Below are positions 56,314 to 62,416 of a stretch of DNA of 64,000 bases, piece by piece. The stretch is taken from positions 13,763-77,762 of the forward strand of contig CAUUCP010000003.1 in the NCBI GenBank assembly GCA_963543925.1, in the 5' to 3' direction. How positions within the stretch are numbered: position 1 is the first letter of the stretch; every line of letters starts with the position of its first letter. The notes beneath the pieces were generated by a model that worked only from the letters and a program-made list of their open reading frames with translations, searched no databases and had not been told where the DNA came from. This DNA comes from an uncultured Bacteroidia bacterium (lineage in GTDB: Bacteria; Bacteroidota; Bacteroidia; Bacteroidales; CAJPTX01). Position numbers and translations under genes: made by a program.

Positions 56314-56321
56314 CAAAGGTA
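56314..56321 (-). promoter_or_regulatory. Candidate -7 element (TAnnTTTG) for the 56249-51295 cluster
   Basis: The minus strand reads TACCTTTG about 65 nt upstream of the ATG at 56249. Confidence 0.4.
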
Positions 56322-56356
56322 GTACAATCTGTGGGAGTGTGACAACAGTAAATATA

Positions 56357-56466
56357 CCTAGTCGGTGTAGTGAGTCAATGCACTTAGTCGATATACCCTA
56401 ATCAATATACCCTAGTCAATGTACCTTAATCAGAGTACCTTAATCAGAATACTGGGGGTAATGTAC
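56357..56466 (+). repeat. Array of eight degenerate 13-14-nt tandem units (consensus about CYTARTCAATRTAC)
   Basis: The units are cctagtcggtgtag, tgagtcaatgcac, ttagtcgatatac, cctaatcaatatac, cctagtcaatgtac, cttaatcagagtac, cttaatcagaatac and tgggggtaatgtac. The first unit and its left flank (aaatataccta gtcggtgtag) resemble the start of the 11-nt array in the 223-bp element. Confidence 0.8.
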
Positions 56467-56597
56467 CAGAGGCAGGAGGCTACGGGGTGGTAATTGGTAT
56501 TCTGTGGCGAGGGGGTGTTTTTCCGAATTGTCCTTTTCCGTTGCACCTTCCCCTTACCTTGATGCCCCTTTTTCGTTCCCCTTTATAGTTTGTACGT

Positions 56598-56636
56598 AAA
56601 AAAAGAGCAGGCGTTACAAAATGACGTCCGCTCTTA
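56598..56636 (-). terminator. Rho-independent terminator downstream of the acidic OMP gene
   Basis: On the minus strand an imperfect ~10-bp GC-rich stem (agagcggacg / cgcctgctct) is followed by TTTTTTT. Confidence 0.55.
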
Positions 56637-56689
56637 GATATTTTATTCACTGAGGAAGTGGGGGGGGGCGAGGTCATTTGCCCGCAGGC

Positions 56690-58129
56690 TTAGTCAATGA
56701 AAGAGAAGACGATGCCAGTTTCCAATGGGTAGAGTTTGGGACCTTTACCGCTTTCGAAGAGTCCCATGGGATAGAAGTTGGCAAAGAGTCGGACGCTGCC
56801 TATCCCTAGTCGGATGCTGGGTGCAAAGCTGATATCATTGAGGTGGAAGGAGTCGCTCCGATAGAATTCGCTACTTCTGTCATAGATGACTTTTGTGGAG
56901 GATAGGAGTCGGACGTTGAGGAGTACGCCGGCCGCGAAGTAGACGTTTCGGAACTCTTCGCCGTGGTGCTGCAATTCGAGCATGAGTGGGACAGTTAAAC
57001 TCCAGTTAAAGAATCGGCTAGAGCGTACGTTGTGTCCTGCGTCTTGGAGATCGTTATTGAAGAGAATACCGTCCCGTCCTGTGACCATGGTATTTTTTGC
57101 ACGAAAGCGGTAGTGGTTGAAATTAGTCCCTAGTCCAGTGTATATACCGAAGTTGGAGCGCCAGAATGGGATGCTGTACTGCATGAAATTGACATTGCAG
57201 TCGATGGCTGAGCCGAGATTCATCTGCATCGGCGCTTGTTCGCCCGAGAGGCGGAGACTCCCCGAGGGGCTCAGTAGCCAGTTGAAGCCGAGTTCGATCG
57301 CAGCCCAGTGACCTCGGAACTCTTCCCTGTAGTAATGCGATCTTACGGATTTGATTACGCTGGTTGCTAGTTTTTCGACATCATTGTCATTGTCGTCGTC
57401 GTCATCATCGTCAAAGTCGAGATCGTCGTCAAGGTCAAAATCATCGTCGTCGTCGTCATCATCGTCATCGTAGTAGTCGATATTTCTCCCACTCCCACTT
57501 TTCTCAGCGATCTTAGTTCCCTTTCTGGGACGAGTTTCCACGACCGAGACATTGGTATTTCCTTTTCTATCCTGTTTGAGTGTTTTGACGGTTGTTTCTG
57601 GGACATCGTCCTTTACGGTAATCGTCTTATACTCGGTAGTATCAATGAATGAGTTTGTATTGTGCTTTGTTCGCTGTTGTGCACGCTGGAGCTTGCGATC
57701 GGCACGTCTGAGTTTTTTGTTTACCCGTCCTACTTCTTGGTTCACGCGCTCGATCTCCTCTTCTGCCATGGCGGCTTGGGTAGCAGAGTAGTCGGCGATG
57801 AGGTTTTCGGAGAAGTTGACCTCGGCAGGTATGAAGAAGGTTGTATCGGGACGTGCTGAGGTGAACTGTAGGGTGATACGATTGCTGTCCGAGATTTCGT
57901 ATACCGCGACCTCCTCGGGTACAATACCCATTTTCTTCAGGTAGTCATCTAGACGCTCGAGGGCAGCTAGGTATTCCTCGGTGGAGACCTTTTCGGGCTT
58001 ACGGTCGGTCTTTGGCTTGTTGCTGTTGTAGGATATGACACGACTGCGTGTGGTCGTGTTCTGTGCGCAGAGGAGGGCGGGAAGCAGAGAGAGGAGGAGC
58101 GCCAAAATGCAGAAATGCTGTTTCATCAT
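56690..58129 (-). CDS. Hypothetical outer-membrane protein: signal peptide, charged linker with a poly-Asp tract, C-terminal beta-barrel-like domain
   Basis: The start is trimmed to the ATG at 58129 (MMKQHFCILALLLSLLPALLCAQ). The acidic tract is DDDDDDDDDDFDLDDDLDFDDDDDDDNDND, at nt ~57380-57469. The C-terminal ~220 aa have alternating hydrophobic strands and end in ...GIVFSFID. Confidence 0.6.
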   Translation of the reverse strand: MMKQHFCILALLLSLLPALLCAQNTTTRSRVISYNSNKPKTDRKPEKVSTEEYLAALERLDDYLKKMGIVPEEVAVYEISDSNRITLQFTSARPDTTFFIPAEVNFSENLIADYSATQAAMAEEEIERVNQEVGRVNKKLRRADRKLQRAQQRTKHNTNSFIDTTEYKTITVKDDVPETTVKTLKQDRKGNTNVSVVETRPRKGTKIAEKSGSGRNIDYYDDDDDDDDDDFDLDDDLDFDDDDDDDNDNDVEKLATSVIKSVRSHYYREEFRGHWAAIELGFNWLLSPSGSLRLSGEQAPMQMNLGSAIDCNVNFMQYSIPFWRSNFGIYTGLGTNFNHYRFRAKNTMVTGRDGILFNNDLQDAGHNVRSSRFFNWSLTVPLMLELQHHGEEFRNVYFAAGVLLNVRLLSSTKVIYDRSSEFYRSDSFHLNDISFAPSIRLGIGSVRLFANFYPMGLFESGKGPKLYPLETGIVFSFID

Positions 58130-58188
58130 CTTTTTCTGTTGAAGTTCGTGGGTAGGACGGAATACCACATAAAAAGTTACACAACTAC

Positions 58189-58196
58189 TACCTTTG
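58189..58196 (+). promoter_or_regulatory. Candidate -7 element (TAnnTTTG) for the PBP gene
   Basis: The plus strand reads TACCTTTG 19 nt upstream of the ATG at 58216. Confidence 0.4.
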
Positions 58197-58215
58197 CACA
58201 CAGAATAATCGTTTT

Positions 58216-60558
58216 ATGATGTTGGAAAACCGGCGCTACTCGCCCATCTTTGGGCGGATCTTTTGGGGTCTTATCTTAGGGAGCATCCTTTTTACAGTAA
58301 CGCTCTTTGTACTTATTGCTCGTGGTTTTTTTGGAGTGATGCCTACTTTTGAAGAGTTGGAGAACCCGAATAGTAATCTAGCGAGTGAGGTATTGGCAGA
58401 TGACCACACCCTGCTAGGGTCGTTCTATGTACAGAATCGTTCGTTTGTGAGTCGGCACGAACTTTCCCCAGTACTGGTAGATGCGTTGGTGGCGACGGAG
58501 GATGTCCGTTTCTACGAACACTCTGGGATAGATGCGCGTGGGTTGATGCGCGTGCTGTTCAAGACGTTGATGATGGGAAAGGGCGAGTCTGGGGGTGGGA
58601 GTACCCTTTCACAGCAGTTGGCTAAGAACCTTTTTCCTCGGGACTCGTCGTACTCGGAGTCGAAGATTGGTGCGAAGATTCGCTTGGCGATTACGAAGTT
58701 CAAGGAGTGGATAACGGCCATCAAGCTGGAGCGTAACTACACGAAAGACGAGATTTTGACCATGTACCTGAACACGGTACCTTTTGGTTCAAACGCGTAT
58801 GGTATCAAGATGGCCGCGCGTACGTTTTTCAACACAACCCCTGACTCACTGAAGGTAGAGGAGGCGGCGGTGTTGGTGGGGTTAGTCAAGGGGCCTACGT
58901 GGTACAGCCCGATACGGAATCCGGAGCGTTCGCTAGAGCGTCGGAACGTGGTGTTGCAGCAGATGGTTCGCTACAACAAACTCTCACAGCAAGCGTATGA
59001 CTCGCTCTCGGCTCTTCCGATCACGCTACACTTCCAAGTACAGGATCACAATGCGGGGATCGCGACCTATTTCCGGGAGCACTTGCGCCAAATCATGACG
59101 GCACCTTACCCGCAACCTGATATGTATTATCAGGCGGAGCAGTACCAGCATGACTCTCTGGAGTGGATCAACAATCCGCTATACGGCTGGTGTCAGAAGA
59201 ATCGGAAGCCGGATGGGTCGGTGTACAACCTGTATCGTGATGGTCTTCGGATTTATACCACTATCAACGTCAACCTACAACGGTATGCTGAGGAGGCTGT
59301 TGCGCAGCACATCGGGGGGACGCTGCAGCCAGCCTTTGATGCTGAAAAGAAGCGGTCGATCTTTTCTAGTGATGTGAATCGGAAGACGCAGGAGTTAGTG
59401 CTTCGTTCTGGGATACGACAGAGCGAACGTTACCGCAATATGAAGCGTGCGGGTGCTACGGATGCTCAGATAGAGAAGAGCTTTGATACGCCGGTGGAGA
59501 TGACCCTTTTTTCTTGGAAACATGGGGAGCGCGATACGGTGATGACGCCTAGGGACTCCATGCTTTACGTGAAGCGACAGTTGCGTGTGGGTTTCATGGC
59601 TCAGGAGCCCGTGACGGGACGGGTACGCGCCTATGTGGGGGGTACGAATTTCAAGTACTACAAATACGACCAAGTGTATTCGGGTCGTCGTCAGATTGGT
59701 TCGACGATCAAGCCCTTTCTCTACACGCTCGCGATGCAGGAGGGTTACTCGCCTTGCATGCAAGTGCCGAACGTGCCGCAGGTGTTCGAAGTTGCGGATA
59801 CGATCTGGATGCCCAAGAACTCGAACGCGACGCCGCATGATGGCGAGATGGTGACGTTGAAATGGGGGCTTGCCAACTCGGTGAACAACATTTCAGCCTG
59901 GTTGATCAAGCAGTTTTCTCCGGAGGCGATGGCGGAGCTATTGCGTCGTATGGGGATACGCAGTCACATTGACGAGGTGCCCTCGATCTTCCTCGGGACG
60001 TCGATCATTTCCGTGTACGAGTTGGTCGCGAGCTATGGCGTATTTGCCTCTGGTGGCGTGCATGTAGAACCCTATATTGTATCTCGTATCGAGGACAAGA
60101 GTGGTAACGTCTTGGCGTCGTTTACGCCCAAGAAGCAAGAGATCATCAGTCAAGCGACGGCCTACCGGATGTTATCGCTGCTACGGAGTGTGGTAGACCA
60201 AGGTTCTGGTCGACGTCTGCGCAGCGTATATAAACTAGCGGGACCGCTGGGTGGTAAGACAGGTACGACGCAGAACAGTGCTGACGGATGGTTTATGTGT
60301 GTACACCCGAATATCGTGATGGGCACCTGGGTTGGCGCGGATGACCCAGCGGTACACTTCTCGGGGATGTACTACGGACAGGGGGCAGCGATGGCGCTTC
60401 CGATCCAAGGGCTTTTTCTTCAGAAGGCGTATGCAGATCCTACGTCGGGGATACGGGCGAGCGCGGAGTGGGTGGTACCCGAGTCGCTGCGCGGCGTGAA
60501 TTTTGACTGCGATGAGACGCCAGCGGAGAGAAGCGAGGAGTACGACGATTTCTTCTAG
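58216..60558 (+). CDS. Class A penicillin-binding protein (bifunctional GT51 transglycosylase / transpeptidase, PBP1A-like)
   Basis: The 780 aa ORF has an N-terminal TM anchor. The GT51 motifs are ATEDVRFYEHSGID and GGSTLSQQLAKN. The transpeptidase motifs are STIKP (SxxK), SVNN (SxN) and KTGTT. Confidence 0.92.
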   Translation: MMLENRRYSPIFGRIFWGLILGSILFTVTLFVLIARGFFGVMPTFEELENPNSNLASEVLADDHTLLGSFYVQNRSFVSRHELSPVLVDALVATEDVRFYEHSGIDARGLMRVLFKTLMMGKGESGGGSTLSQQLAKNLFPRDSSYSESKIGAKIRLAITKFKEWITAIKLERNYTKDEILTMYLNTVPFGSNAYGIKMAARTFFNTTPDSLKVEEAAVLVGLVKGPTWYSPIRNPERSLERRNVVLQQMVRYNKLSQQAYDSLSALPITLHFQVQDHNAGIATYFREHLRQIMTAPYPQPDMYYQAEQYQHDSLEWINNPLYGWCQKNRKPDGSVYNLYRDGLRIYTTINVNLQRYAEEAVAQHIGGTLQPAFDAEKKRSIFSSDVNRKTQELVLRSGIRQSERYRNMKRAGATDAQIEKSFDTPVEMTLFSWKHGERDTVMTPRDSMLYVKRQLRVGFMAQEPVTGRVRAYVGGTNFKYYKYDQVYSGRRQIGSTIKPFLYTLAMQEGYSPCMQVPNVPQVFEVADTIWMPKNSNATPHDGEMVTLKWGLANSVNNISAWLIKQFSPEAMAELLRRMGIRSHIDEVPSIFLGTSIISVYELVASYGVFASGGVHVEPYIVSRIEDKSGNVLASFTPKKQEIISQATAYRMLSLLRSVVDQGSGRRLRSVYKLAGPLGGKTGTTQNSADGWFMCVHPNIVMGTWVGADDPAVHFSGMYYGQGAAMALPIQGLFLQKAYADPTSGIRASAEWVVPESLRGVNFDCDETPAERSEEYDDFF

Positions 60559-60568
60559 ACGTCTGGTT

Positions 60569-60602
60569 CTCGTGTCCCTACTTTCCTCGTGTCCCTACTT
60601 TC
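60569..60602 (+). repeat. Perfect 17-bp tandem duplication
   Basis: The unit ctcgtgtccctactttc occurs twice back to back, 10 nt after the PBP stop codon. Confidence 0.9.
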
Positions 60603-60722
60603 CCTTGGGGAGAATCCTTCTTCTACAATCCTAGTTACGACACCGTCCGCCCCCGTGGATAACGTATATAACGTGGATAGCGGCTACGCTGGTTGGTGTC
60701 GTGAGGCGAGACTATTGGGAAT

Positions 60723-61160
60723 ATGATGATGAAAAGAGTTGGCTTGTGTTTACTCTTGCTTGTGTTGTTCTTCTTGTTCCTTTCTGGTTGTGAAAAGGAG
60801 GAAGAGCGCGGGGATTGGAATATCCGTTTTCGGATTCACATTGGTTTATCACTTCCACAGTATTTCGAGCTGAGCGTTCCTGGAGGAGTGATGCATATTC
60901 CCGACTATGGATTGCAAGCCAACGGGGTGTACGTAGTGCAACAGCTGGTCCCCTTGGGTACGTACGCGGCTTACGATGCGACATGTCCCCGCCACCTTGA
61001 CGCACTGACGGCAACCGTACGTACGGGGACCATGGTGCAGTGTCCGCACTGCGAGGTGGAGTACCAACTACTGAATGGGGGGATTTCGACGGATGGGAAC
61101 TACCAGCTCCACCCGTATCGGACCTACCTGAACGGAAAGGTGCTGGTGGTATACAACTGA
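60723..61160 (+). CDS. Small lipoprotein with a degenerate Rieske-like domain
   Basis: The 145 aa ORF has the lipobox FLSGC. The C-terminal half, YAAYDATCPRHLDAL...VQCPHCEVEYQLLNGG...LHPYRTYLNGKVLVV, has the spacing of a Rieske fold, with CPRH and CPHC in place of CxH and CxxH. Confidence 0.5.
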   Translation: MMMKRVGLCLLLLVLFFLFLSGCEKEEERGDWNIRFRIHIGLSLPQYFELSVPGGVMHIPDYGLQANGVYVVQQLVPLGTYAAYDATCPRHLDALTATVRTGTMVQCPHCEVEYQLLNGGISTDGNYQLHPYRTYLNGKVLVVYN

Positions 61161-61260
61161 GCGCCCTTGTGGGGATACGGTAGTGCTAGGAGGAGGGTGT
61201 AACGGTTTGCCTATTTCTCGGCCTATCGCCCACTTTTTTATCTCACATTGCCGAGCGCGA

Positions 61261-61483
61261 CTTTAGGGAATCCTAAAGCGCTATTTTTATACGACGAACT
61301 AAGTAATAGCGTGCTGGAATAAAGAAATACGTATAGAATATGGGTTGTTTTGGAGTAGGTAATTTTACCTAATTTAGTGCGTGTAGAGCGCGTGTAGAGT
61401 ACGTATAGCGTACGTGTAGTAGGTTTCTCCCCCTAGCATGGCTTGTTTGGGGAGGGGGAATTGAGGAAAATATAAAGCGGTAT
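61261..61483 (+). repeat. 223-bp dispersed element, copy R3
   Basis: It is a direct repeat of 19246-19468 with identical termini. The 11-nt units at 61376-61419 are agtgcgtgtag, agcgcgtgtag, agtacgtatag and cgtacgtgtag. Confidence 0.8.
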
Positions 61484-61556
61484 TTCCCTCATTTTTTCTC
61501 CCCCGTGTTTCTATCCGTTGCTGTGATGCTACGACACCCTTACAGATACCCCCTCG

Positions 61557-62207
61557 CTACCTTGGGAATCGCAACAACTGGTTGCGATAGTACTCGTACT
61601 GTTGTCGTCGCAGGGTGATCTCGGCGGGGAGTCCCTCGGTAAGGGAGTGGACTAGGGTGTGGAACTTGTCTAGGATGTCCACGATTTGTTGTTAGATGGG
61701 GAGTGGAGGGAGGGGGAAAGGCTGTTTTCTTAAATTCTTCATGTCTACAGACGGGAATGTGCCTGTAAATACATGCTCTTTACACCACGCGTCTATCTTA
61801 AAGAAAAAGTAATAGGCAAATTTCGGTAAGACCCTGTCAGTAAATGCTGTACGCAAATTGAAATTCGTAAAACGTTGATTCGTAAGAGCGTCTGTAAGGA
61901 GTAAAGCATGCTCTCCTACCGTGGCACTCGTTGCCAAAATAATCGACCCTGCTTTGAACAGTCCCTTACCTTTTACTGCTTGTGGGGTGATGTGTTGAAT
62001 AGAATCGCTGAGCAATCCACCGTATGCACGTAAGTCCTCCATACGAAACCAAGGGATCATCCCCTCCTCCCAAAAGGCACTATTCTTTTTAGAGGGAGTG
62101 TAGCCTGTTCTTATTTCAAACACCTCCCCTAGCGGCTTCCACTCGACCTTCGCGCCGCCTAGTAACGCTTCTAGATACCCTGAGCCCTTTGCGCTGCTTT
62201 CCTGCAT
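61557..62207 (-). pseudogene. hsdS: Half-size type I specificity subunit (one TRD + C-terminal conserved helix) interrupted by an in-frame TAA
   Basis: The 171-aa ORF (62207-61695) has a TRD start ..KVEWKPLGEVFEIRTGYTP and ends PLPPLPI-TAA (61692-61694). The same frame continues [47 protein letters not shown] (61691-61557). That continuation is the classical HsdS conserved C-terminal region. The TAA sits where a Glu (GAA) is normally found. Confidence 0.7.
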
Positions 62208-62311
62208 GCCTATTTTCCCATCCCTTTTTCGATTTCCTTGCTCAATTACAGCACTAAGTTACTAAAAATCATTGGTGTAAATGGTGTTTAGCGTGCAATA
62301 ATCCCATAAAA

Positions 62312-62351
62312 GCCGCCTTTCTGTCGCTTTAGCAGAGGGGCGGTTTTGTTT
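62312..62351. terminator. Terminator-like hairpin with flanking T/A runs in the hsdS / ATPase-nuclease intergenic region
   Basis: The imperfect stem gccgcctttctg ... cagaggggcgg is followed by ttttgttt and preceded by aaaa on the plus strand. Confidence 0.35.
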
Positions 62352-62416
62352 GTACTGAGCGCACAAGAAACTAGTGCCTTTTTCACTACCTTCGTAGCAA
62401 CGAAAACAGATCGCAG

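Noticed and set aside
56357-56466. Possible CRISPR array. I asked the same question for 19361-19415, 61376-61419 and 15469-15551.
   Set aside because: The units are only 11-14 nt and directly abut one another with no spacers. They are degenerate, and no cas genes are present. They are tandem micro-repeats, not CRISPR.
58130-58215. A chromosomal replication origin at the minus-to-plus strand switch.
   Set aside because: The divergent spacer is under 90 bp. It has no AT-rich unwinding region or DnaA-box cluster, and no dnaA or dnaN lies nearby. I could not compute GC skew by eye. A strand switch alone is insufficient.
60654-60680. Two DnaA-box-like 9-mers (CGTGGATAA, CGTGGATAG), 18 nt apart.
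   Set aside because: There are only two imperfect boxes in a short intergenic region between a PBP gene and a lipoprotein gene. That is far below what defines oriC and is most likely chance or a minor regulatory site.
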